Below, piece after piece: positions 1 through 7,591 of a stretch of 10,964 nt of DNA. The first letter of the stretch is position 1; every line of letters starts with the position of its first letter. The position numbers and the translations under genes are program-made. The notes below the pieces were generated by a model. That model was not told the origin of the DNA. It did not search any database and saw nothing but the letters and a program-made list of their open reading frames with translations. Origin of the DNA: Thermoproteota archaeon (lineage in GTDB: Archaea > Thermoproteota > EX4484-205 > JAAOZP01); NCBI GenBank assembly GCA_049700215.1, contig JBNAVT010000041.1, positions 1 to 10,964 on the forward strand, read 5' to 3'.

Positions 1-40
1 GTCCGCCTTGTCCTTTGCCGCTCTTCTCCTCATCATCCAT
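1..40 (-). CDS. Probable 5' end of an unidentified gene running off the left edge
   Basis: Minus-strand ATGs at 40 (MDDEEKSGKGQGG...) and at 36/33 (MMRRRAAKDKAD...). Both frames stay open to base 1. A TATA-like TTATATAAA lies on the minus strand at 91-83. Frame and product cannot be determined. Confidence 0.4.
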   Translation of the reverse strand, partial: MDDEEKSGKGQGG

Positions 41-82
41 TATGGGCGCTCCGGCACGCGCGCTAAATTTACCAACGGAAGA

Positions 83-91
83 TTTATATAA
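83..91 (-). promoter_or_regulatory. Putative archaeal TATA box for the left-edge gene
   Basis: Minus strand reads TTATATAAA, about 43 bp upstream of the ATG at 40. Confidence 0.45.
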
Positions 92-285
92 CCGAATCCC
101 TAAAACCGAGGCCTTCCGGCACTTGGTGAAAACTTTGTAGAACCAGTATACACTCCATATTCCTAAGCTTCCTAGCAGCCCATCGCCAACATACTCAAGC
201 AAACATTGCCCATCCTACCTACTCAAATTCCTCCAAAACCCCATTTTAGAACCGAAGGAAGTAAACGCCTGCTACGTTAAAATTT

Positions 286-2337
286 TCAGGGAAGCAATAG
301 GAGTATCAGCGGAGCGAAAACCTCAGCAACCAGCGACATGACCGTGATCATCGTGTTCAACGAGGGACCCGCGGTGTCCTTGAACGGGTCCCCGACAGTG
401 TCCCCTGTAACTGCTGCTTTGTGTGCTTCCGAGCCCTTTCCACCGTGCGCACCAGACTCTATGTATTTCTTAGCGTTGTCCCAGAGTCCTCCGGCGTTCG
501 CCATGAAAAGAGCGAAGATTATTCCTGTAACGATGCTTCCCGCTAGGAAGCCTGCGAGCGCCTCCTTCCCCAGAAGCACCATGGTTAAAACCGGAACTAC
601 TATCGCTAAGGAGCATGGCAGCATGAGCTCCCTTATCGCGCCCCTCGTAGCAATATCTACGCACTTAGCGTAATCAGGCTTCGCCCTCCCCTCCATCAGA
701 CCAGGAATCTCCTTAAACTGGCGCCTAACCTCCTCAACCATCCTCTCAGCGTTTCTCCCCACAGCAAGGATTAGAAGGGCTGAGAGCAGCGGAGGCATCA
801 TTCCGCCGAGGAAAACCCCGGCGACAACCCCCGGCTTCATCAGGTCAAGCGTTTCAATATCGACTAGGTGAGCGTAGGCTGCGAAAAGCGCCAGAACAGT
901 AAGCGCAGCGGCACCTATTGCGAAGCCCTTTGTGATGGCCTTCGTAGTGTTCCCAGCAGCGTCAAGCCTGTCAGCAATCTCAATAACCTCCTCCCCCAAG
1001 CCGGATTGCTCAGCAATGCCCTTCGCGTTGTCTGAAACAGGCCCATAGGCGTCAGCCGCAATAGTCATGCCTACTGTCGCAAGCATTCCAACAGCAGATA
1101 TCGCGATCCCGTAGAACGGGCTTACGCCGAAGGCCTCGGCGAGATACCAGGCTGCGAGAGTAGCGGCGCAGATGCCGATTACAGGGGGGACTATGCTGAT
1201 TATCCCGTAGGAGAAGCCTGTGAGTATGTTTATCGCAGCCCCGGTTGTCGAAGCCTGAGCCACCTTCTGAGCAGGCATCCTATCTATAGAGGTGAAGTAA
1301 TCCGACGTGATTCCGATGATTACCCCGGCTGTTAAACCCGCAGCCGTTGGAAGGAAGACCCCGAGCCACCGGTTACCCTCTAAGCCCGAGAAATACGTTA
1401 CGACTAGGAGGAACACTGTGAAGACCAGCCATGTGGCGAAAGAACCCCTATTAAGAGCTGCACCAGGGTTCCCCCTTATGCTCTGCTTGACTACGAAGAC
1501 ACCTATTAGCGAAGCGAAAAGCCCTACGGCGGCTATCATCAGCGGAAGCGTCGTCAACACGCCTTCGCCCAGCTCTGAGCCGATGATCATGGTGGCAACG
1601 ATGCTTGCTATGTATGAGTCAACCAGGTCAGCGCCCATTCCCGCAACATCCCCGACATTGTCCCCGACGTTGTCAGCAATCACCGCCGGGTTCCTAGGAT
1701 CGTCCTCAGGGATCCCCAGCTCAACCTTCCCCACGAGGTCTGCACTGATGTCAGCCGTCTTCGTGTATATTCCTCCACCAGCCTTAGCGAAAAGCGCGAG
1801 GGCGCTGGCCCCGAAGCTGAACCCTAGAACAATGTTGGAGGCGTCTGAGGCACTCCAGCCTAAGACGCTGTTGTAAAGGTAGAAGAGAAAGCTTATGCCG
1901 AGGAGAGCCAGGCCGACGACGAACAGTCCCATAACAGCCCCGCCGTAGAACGCAACTGGAAAAGCCTTCTTCAAACCCTGTTTAGCAGCGTTGGCCGTCC
2001 TAACGTTAGCCTCGACAGCGGCCATCATGCCGACGTAGGCGGCGATGGTTGTGCACAGCGAGCCAAGGAGATAGGCTGCAGCGACGCTCAAACCATAGTA
2101 AGCGTTCACCTGGGAGAAAGTGTAGAGCACCCCGAGAACAGTCGCCATCACTAGTGCGAAAACAGCCAGCGTCGAATTCTGCCTTTTAAGATATGCTTCC
2201 GCACCCTCCTTTATAGCGTTCGCAATCTCCCTCATCCTTTCAGTACCGCTCTCCTCCTTGGCGACATACCTGTACAGATAGCCAGCCAAGCCGACGGCGG
2301 CCAAGCCGGCTATCGGCGTTATCTGGAACCACTCCAT
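286..2337 (-). CDS. hppA: Membrane-bound ion-translocating pyrophosphatase, K+-independent type (probably H+-pumping)
   Basis: 683 aa, highly hydrophobic. Canonical mPPase motifs: [97 protein letters not shown] carries the Lys/Thr signature of K+-independent enzymes. Confidence 0.97.
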   Translation of the reverse strand: MEWFQITPIAGLAAVGLAGYLYRYVAKEESGTERMREIANAIKEGAEAYLKRQNSTLAVFALVMATVLGVLYTFSQVNAYYGLSVAAAYLLGSLCTTIAAYVGMMAAVEANVRTANAAKQGLKKAFPVAFYGGAVMGLFVVGLALLGISFLFYLYNSVLGWSASDASNIVLGFSFGASALALFAKAGGGIYTKTADISADLVGKVELGIPEDDPRNPAVIADNVGDNVGDVAGMGADLVDSYIASIVATMIIGSELGEGVLTTLPLMIAAVGLFASLIGVFVVKQSIRGNPGAALNRGSFATWLVFTVFLLVVTYFSGLEGNRWLGVFLPTAAGLTAGVIIGITSDYFTSIDRMPAQKVAQASTTGAAINILTGFSYGIISIVPPVIGICAATLAAWYLAEAFGVSPFYGIAISAVGMLATVGMTIAADAYGPVSDNAKGIAEQSGLGEEVIEIADRLDAAGNTTKAITKGFAIGAAALTVLALFAAYAHLVDIETLDLMKPGVVAGVFLGGMMPPLLSALLILAVGRNAERMVEEVRRQFKEIPGLMEGRAKPDYAKCVDIATRGAIRELMLPCSLAIVVPVLTMVLLGKEALAGFLAGSIVTGIIFALFMANAGGLWDNAKKYIESGAHGGKGSEAHKAAVTGDTVGDPFKDTAGPSLNTMITVMSLVAEVFAPLILLLLP

Positions 2338-2383
2338 GGCTTATCCCTTTCGGCACCCTATGCCATGTGGGACGAAAACTCCC

Positions 2384-2393
2384 TATTTATAAA
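2384..2393 (-). promoter_or_regulatory. Putative TATA box of hppA
   Basis: Minus strand reads TTTATAAATA about 46 bp upstream of the ATG at 2337. A purine-rich AAGGGA lies just before the ATG. Confidence 0.5.
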
Positions 2394-2421
2394 TCTACTG
2401 CAAAGGCGAAAAAACTAGGGT

Positions 2422-2438
2422 AATCCTTTGAAAGGATT
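2422..2438. promoter_or_regulatory. Perfect 8-1-8 inverted repeat, candidate operator in the hppA/purP divergent region
   Basis: AATCCTTT-G-AAAGGATT, abutting a TTTTAAAA element at 2437-2444. Confidence 0.4.
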
Positions 2439-2579
2439 TTAAAAAGTTAGTTATTCTAGAGGGTGGAAAAGTTAAATCTTTACGGATGTTTTTGGCGCAA
2501 CCGGTATATTTCTAACCATGCTTAAGAATACTAAATAGCGGAACTCGGTTTTCTCCAGGCAAGATTTAAAAACTTTATC

Positions 2580-3599
2580 ATGGAAGCCTACTTGGGCCAT
2601 CTGTTGGAGAGTAAATACGCTATCGCAACTATTGGAAGCCACTCTGCACTCCAGATTCTTAAGGGGGGTAGGGACGAGGGCTTTAGGACGATAGCGGTAT
2701 GTAAAAAGGAGCATAGCTTCATATACCGTCATTTCGGAGTGGCAGACAGAATAATTGAAATCCCCTCCTACAGCGATTTCCACACCACGGAGAACGAGCT
2801 TTTGAAGGAGAACGCGATCCTGGTTCCCCACGCTTCCCTCATAGCCTACATAGGCGTGGAGGCTGTTGAGGAGACGAGAGTACCCTACTATGGTAACAGG
2901 CGAATCCTGCAATGGGAGAGCGACAGGGAAAGACAGAGGAAGTGGCTTGAAAAAGCCGGTTTAAACCTGCCTAGAGTCTATGAGCATCCGGAAGAGATAG
3001 ACAGGCTTTGCATAGTTAAGTTCCAAGGTGCGAAAGGTGGTCAGGGGTATTTCCTAGCTGGAAGCAGCGATGAGTTTTACCGGAAGATAGGGGGCTCAAA
3101 GGATTATTCTATCCAAGAGTACGTGGTTGGCATCCCCGTCTACATTCACTATTTCTACTCAGTAATCCGCGGAGAGCTTGAGCTGATGGGCTTCGACAAA
3201 AGATACGAGTCGAACGTTGACGCGATATCAAGAATACCCGCCGGCTTACAGCAGAATATTGAGGCAACCTACACTATAGTCGGGAATTTCCCGCTTTTTC
3301 TGCGCGAGTCCCTACTGCCGGAGGTCTTTAAAATGGGGCAGAGTGTGGTTGAAGCCTCCAGAGAAATCTGTGAACCAGGCATATTCGGGCCTTTCTGCCT
3401 AGAAACCGTTGTCACACCGGATTTGAAATTCTATGTTTTCGAGATATCAGCCAGGATAGTTGCTGGGACAAACGTTTTCATGAATGGCTCCCCTTATGCA
3501 TACTTGAAGCACGGCATACCCATGACTACGGGTAGGAGAATAGCCGTTGAAATAAGGGAAGCCGTTGAGCAGGATAGGTTGAAAGAAATATTAGGATGA
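2580..3599 (+). CDS. purP: PurP-family ATP-grasp formate ligase (5-formaminoimidazole-4-carboxamide ribonucleotide synthetase-like)
   Basis: 339 aa. Motifs IATIGSHSALQILKGGRDEGF, ESDRERQRKWLEKAG, IVKFQGAKGGQGYF, IQEYVVG, DKRYESNVD, GPFCLE, FEISARIVAGTN and MTTGRRIAVEI are typical of archaeal PurP. The true start may be the TTG at 2604, given TTTAAAAA at about 2564-2571. Confidence 0.93.
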   Translation: MEAYLGHLLESKYAIATIGSHSALQILKGGRDEGFRTIAVCKKEHSFIYRHFGVADRIIEIPSYSDFHTTENELLKENAILVPHASLIAYIGVEAVEETRVPYYGNRRILQWESDRERQRKWLEKAGLNLPRVYEHPEEIDRLCIVKFQGAKGGQGYFLAGSSDEFYRKIGGSKDYSIQEYVVGIPVYIHYFYSVIRGELELMGFDKRYESNVDAISRIPAGLQQNIEATYTIVGNFPLFLRESLLPEVFKMGQSVVEASREICEPGIFGPFCLETVVTPDLKFYVFEISARIVAGTNVFMNGSPYAYLKHGIPMTTGRRIAVEIREAVEQDRLKEILG

Positions 3600-3620
3600 C
3601 TCTAGAGTTAACTCTTTTGA

Positions 3621-4802
3621 GTGATCAGCATGACTATCGGGGTGGAAGAGGCTCGGAGGATTGTTTCAGAATACGATGCTGACAGCATAACCATCGGCGT
3701 CTTGGGATCACATTCAGCGGAGGAGGTCGGTGTCTCAGCTAAAACAATGGGTTTCAAGACGCTTGTCGTATGCCAGAGGGGGAGGGAGGAGCTCTACGCG
3801 AAGTATAGCAAGCATCTTTTCGACCACGTGTTAATGGTTGATAGGTTCTCAGACATGGTTGATGAGGAGGTTCAGGAGAAAATGAGAAGCCTGAACACCA
3901 TATTTATTCCGAACAGGTCTTTCTCAGTCTACGTTGGCTACGGCAATATTGAGAAGGTCTTCAGGGTTCCGATATACGGCAACAGGATGATTCTGAGGGC
4001 TGAGGAGCGGGGCGAGGAGAGGAATCAGTATTGGCTTCTTGAGAAGGCTGGTATAAGAATGCCGCGGAGGTTCAGCAAGCCTGAGGAGATTGACAGGCTG
4101 GCGATAGTTAAGGTTCAGCAGAAGAAGAAGCCGCTTGAAAGAGCGTTCTTCTACGCCTCCTCTCCGGAGGAATACTATAGGAAGGCTGAGGAGCTTGTTA
4201 GAAGAGACGTGGTGAGTGAGGAGGGATTGAGAAAAGCAAGGATAGAGGAGTATGTGTTGGGGCAGAAGTTTAACGCTAACTTTCAGGGATGGGTGTTGAA
4301 GGACGTTTTCGACGATTTCGACCTGCTTGGATTCGACGACAGGAAGCAGACTAACCTGCACGGCATACTGGGGCTCCCGGCTAAAGAACAGTTATCCCTA
4401 GACGTGCCCGTTAAGAACGAGGAGGTTGGCCACTACGGGTTGACGATGAGAGAATCTCTAAAACCCTTGGTTTACAAGGCTGCTGAAAAATTCAGGAGAG
4501 TGTGTGAGAAAGAGTATCCGCCGGGGATGATAGGGCTTTTCGCGCTTCAGGGAGCAATAGCCTATGATGCTGAGGATCCTGAGCAGAAAAGGCTGGAGTT
4601 CTATGTTTTCGACGTAAGCCCAAGAATACCCGGGTGTCCATGCGTCGGACCGACTTCCCCGGAGATGCGCCGGCTCACTTTGAAATACCTCAGCCTCCTA
4701 AGGGGGCACGGGTTGGAGAGAATAGAGACCCCCATGGACCTGCCGATGCTTGAGATTAAACACGCTGCTGTGAACAACAGGCTTGAAGAAATCGTGACGT
4801 AG
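3621..4802 (+). CDS. purP: Second, divergent PurP-like ATP-grasp protein (DUF1246/DUF1297-type paralog)
   Basis: 393 aa from GTG 3621 (alternative ATG at 3630). Motifs IGVLGSHSA, IFIPNRSFSVYVG, YGNRMILRAEER, IVKVQQKKKPLERAFF, IEEYVLG, GMIGLFALQ, FDVSPRI and LEEIVT. Starts 21 bp after the first purP, so they are probably co-transcribed. Confidence 0.85.
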   Translation: MISMTIGVEEARRIVSEYDADSITIGVLGSHSAEEVGVSAKTMGFKTLVVCQRGREELYAKYSKHLFDHVLMVDRFSDMVDEEVQEKMRSLNTIFIPNRSFSVYVGYGNIEKVFRVPIYGNRMILRAEERGEERNQYWLLEKAGIRMPRRFSKPEEIDRLAIVKVQQKKKPLERAFFYASSPEEYYRKAEELVRRDVVSEEGLRKARIEEYVLGQKFNANFQGWVLKDVFDDFDLLGFDDRKQTNLHGILGLPAKEQLSLDVPVKNEEVGHYGLTMRESLKPLVYKAAEKFRRVCEKEYPPGMIGLFALQGAIAYDAEDPEQKRLEFYVFDVSPRIPGCPCVGPTSPEMRRLTLKYLSLLRGHGLERIETPMDLPMLEIKHAAVNNRLEEIVT

Positions 4803-4967
4803 CCAAGCTGTTTCGACTAACCGTCACAGTAACAACAATAAAAAGCCCTGTTTGCCAAAAACACTAAAAAACAAATATTGCTTTTAGCTCGCTAAGATTG
4901 ATGCCGTATTTATACAAGCCAATTTTAAGCGACAACTTCCAGTTAAAACCTGAGCCACAGCTGATTT

Positions 4968-5414
4968 TTAAGCTTCGGTACAAGATGTTTCAGCGCCCGT
5001 TAAAGTGCGCGCGCTAACCTTTCCTACCAGCGTCACTTCCTCCAGTATCTTGTTAAACCCTTCCGGCAGCCAGCTAAGCTGCTGGGCTCGGTACACTAAC
5101 CATTTCTCGGAGGGCAGCAGCTGGTTGTTAAGACCGAAAAGCGCTTTAATCAGGTATTCCAAGGCAAGATTTACAGAACGATGAGCACTCACCATTTCAC
5201 CCCTGTGGACCCAAGATTCTGAAACAGTGTTGCAATACCATTTGGATTGGGTTACGCCCTCTATTATCATCCATTTTTTCTCGCTTTCTTTAAGGCGAAC
5301 CTTTTCGGCTATAAGCTTCTCAACCTTGCCTTCAGGGTCATAGAAGGCCCTCGCTTTTGGTAAGCCTACGCCTGAGTGTGAACTTACCAAGGCGGAGGAG
5401 ACTGGTTTAATCAT
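4968..5414 (-). pseudogene. Truncated remnant of a nucleotidyltransferase-associated (DUF4037-like) protein, C-terminal helical part only
   Basis: FYDPEGKVEKLI...WVHRGEMVSAH...ALFGLNNQLLPSEKWL...LSWLPEGF resembles the C-terminal part of minimal/KNTase-like nucleotidyltransferases. No N-terminal GS..DxD domain is present, and the first ~20 and last ~12 codons look non-homologous. Recognition is by eye only. Confidence 0.6.
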
Positions 5415-5643
5415 GATGCTTTTGCAGGTTAAGAACGCATTCGATTAACGACTTGGCAGCGCTAACTAGGATGCTGCGAAAAACCGGTTCAGCAGCACTC
5501 CGCCTTTAGTTATAATGGACATATTGTTAAGGATTTTTCAGACCTTATCTCCAATCATTCTTCTTCTCGAAGAAATCCTTGAATACGCCAAGCCAGCGCG
5601 CGCACGGCTTATGAAGCGTCTCCTCGCTCACGCCAGCCCCGGC

Positions 5644-7299
5644 TTATTTTACCCCGGAGGTCATCATGGAGGCTAGGTTTTGCACAAGCCTATAATTGTC
5701 CTCCACGTAGCAGTATGGCTCTTGCATGAAAGTAAGATCTCCGATAGCTACAACAGCCCCATTTAGCTCAACAACACTAATGACGTCGTACCTGCCTGCC
5801 CGCTCCGCGACGGATGAAAAAGTAGTGTTAGAAGCCCAGGCAACACCTCTACCGGCTGAACAGATACCTGTGGACGTGAAAAGAACTATTCTGGAGAGGT
5901 TCAGGGTTAGCGTGTGGTTCCTGAAGTCCTCTACATATATGTTTCTATATATGCCGAAGAACTGGTTCTCGTCGTAAAGGTATCCGCTGTTGAAGAATAT
6001 GCCGAATCCCATTGATATGGTGTTCACTGGCCAAGTGAGATCCGGAATCTTTACGTATTCCTCCGCGGGATCATACATTATCACCAGCGTCTTCCCGGAC
6101 TCGACGAAGTTCTTCAGCCTCTCAACCTGCTCCTCCGAGTAGGGTATTGTTGGAGCAGCTATTATCACTCCTTCAGCAGAACCCAGCTTAGACTCCAGCG
6201 AACTCCAGCTCGTCGCGAGGGAGATTGTAGCGTTTCTCAGCATAAGTTCCCTAGCCAGAACCTCAAGGTCCCAGTAGGTAACCATGTTGCCGTGCGACAT
6301 GTCGACTAGAACTAGGCTTTTACCCTCTCCGCCAGCCCATTCGCTGAGGTTTTGAGCATTCGCCGGCGAAGAGTAGAGTGAAATATTGGTAGGCAGATAG
6401 AGATAGTATATGGAGGGCGGGGGGTGAAGCTCCTTGAGCTTATCCACCGTCAGGCTAACCCAGGGAGCCTGCTCCAAGCCGGTTCCAGCTTTAAACCTGC
6501 TTTTAGCAGATTCCACCAGGTCTACGACGGAATACTTAGCCACTCCGGCTGCCTGCGCAACCCTGTTCAGAGCGCTTTCAACAGAGCCCAGCTCGTCGAC
6601 GAGCCCGGTTTCCACAGCCTCGCTCCCGACGTATATTGAGCCCCTGCGAAGCACGTTGCTGGGGAGTCTAAGCCTGCTTCCCCTTCCAAGCTCAACAGCC
6701 TTTACGAAGTTTTCGAGAACCCGGCTCATGTTGAAGGAGAACAATAGTCTCGAGTATCCTGTTGCCTTATGCACACCGCTTTCAAGAACTGTTTCCGAGG
6801 GGACTAGGATTGGCGGGCCTACACCGATTACCCCAATGTTCCCCACCATCGCGCTCGGGTGCGCATATATGTAGTCCGAGGCGACAGAAATATAGTAGCC
6901 GCCTGACAGAGCCATCGTGACGGAGGCTACGAGCGGCTTCCTGGTTTTCAGCTCTAAAAGATCCAAGTAAACCTGCTCAACAAGGTCGGCATAGCCTCCT
7001 GGAGAATCCACTTTAAGCACGACTCCCCTTATACTGTCGTTTAACATTGCCTCCATTATAGCCTGAGAGTACAGGGCAGCCTGGTCCCCGGTGAGCAGTG
7101 CTCCCTCGACCTCCAGAATCCCTATTACGCTGGGCTTTTTGACGAAACTCGCTATAAAGCATATTGCGATGGAGAAGAGAAGAAGAATTATGAGGCTCAG
7201 GCCAAGCATCTTCCTATGATGCTTAAGTGTTGAGAAAATTTTCCCCCGGCTCGCCTGCTTCTCTGAAACAGGGGTTCCGTCATAAACGGTGCCCGTCAA
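5644..7299 (-). CDS. sppA: Membrane-anchored S49 (SppA-like) serine peptidase fused to a C-terminal DUF4350/GldG-like alpha/beta domain
   Basis: 551 aa, TTG start. Basic residues then a TM helix (LGLSLIILLLFSIAICFIASFV). S49 motifs VVLKVDSPGG, KPLVASV, ALSGGYYIS (catalytic Ser), VGNIGVI, ESGVHK (candidate Lys) and GLVDELG. The C-terminal ~220 aa has VLVDMSHGN, LKNFVESGKTLVI and VVAIGD...DNYRLVQNL. Confidence 0.85.
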   Translation of the reverse strand: MTGTVYDGTPVSEKQASRGKIFSTLKHHRKMLGLSLIILLLFSIAICFIASFVKKPSVIGILEVEGALLTGDQAALYSQAIMEAMLNDSIRGVVLKVDSPGGYADLVEQVYLDLLELKTRKPLVASVTMALSGGYYISVASDYIYAHPSAMVGNIGVIGVGPPILVPSETVLESGVHKATGYSRLLFSFNMSRVLENFVKAVELGRGSRLRLPSNVLRRGSIYVGSEAVETGLVDELGSVESALNRVAQAAGVAKYSVVDLVESAKSRFKAGTGLEQAPWVSLTVDKLKELHPPPSIYYLYLPTNISLYSSPANAQNLSEWAGGEGKSLVLVDMSHGNMVTYWDLEVLARELMLRNATISLATSWSSLESKLGSAEGVIIAAPTIPYSEEQVERLKNFVESGKTLVIMYDPAEEYVKIPDLTWPVNTISMGFGIFFNSGYLYDENQFFGIYRNIYVEDFRNHTLTLNLSRIVLFTSTGICSAGRGVAWASNTTFSSVAERAGRYDVISVVELNGAVVAIGDLTFMQEPYCYVEDNYRLVQNLASMMTSGVK

Positions 7300-7334
7300 C
7301 GCTCAACTACCCTGCCTATTGAATAGAGGACGAG

Positions 7335-7350
7335 TATTAAAACTGTTTCG
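7335..7350 (-). promoter_or_regulatory. Putative BRE/TATA promoter of the sppA-like gene
   Basis: Minus strand reads CGAAACAG-TTTTAATA, about 36 bp upstream of the TTG at 7299. Confidence 0.45.
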
Positions 7351-7557
7351 TGGCTGAGATAAGCGTCTAATAAAAACCTTTATTTCCAGAAGGGTGCTCC
7401 TGGCGCGCGAACGCAATGTCTTAAAGACACGGTAAACAGCGTAGGAGACGGATAAAACCGGGGAGCAAGACTGTTAATAGCTTCACTAGACGCCTATTAC
7501 TCCGCTATGCCCTTAAAAGTTTGGACGCTTCCCTGCTAAAAACCCGTTTGACCATCA

Positions 7558-7567
7558 TTTTTAAATA
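7558..7567 (+). promoter_or_regulatory. Putative TATA box of tldD-pmbA (probably leaderless transcript)
   Basis: TTTTTAAATA ends about 25 bp before the ATG at 7592, and no Shine-Dalgarno sequence is evident. Confidence 0.55.
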
Positions 7568-7591
7568 GCACGTGCGCTAACGATATTTGAA

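Noticed and set aside
338-1876. ORFs 338..673(+), 470..664(-) and 1307..1876(+)
   Set aside because: Antisense or alternate-frame shadows inside hppA, with no recognisable motifs.
3600-3614. Overlapping short palindromes CTCTAGAG and GAGTTAACTC between the purP genes
   Set aside because: Too short to distinguish from chance in a 21-bp spacer.
2472-4361. ORFs 2472..2912(-) and 3924..4361(-)
   Set aside because: Antisense to well-supported purP genes, with no family features.
5726-6874. ORFs 5726..5977, 6424..6639 and 6434..6874 (+)
   Set aside because: Antisense shadows of the sppA-like CDS.
7316-7326. CTATT-G-AATAG dyad near the sppA start
   Set aside because: Only 5-bp arms and no second copy, so not significant alone.
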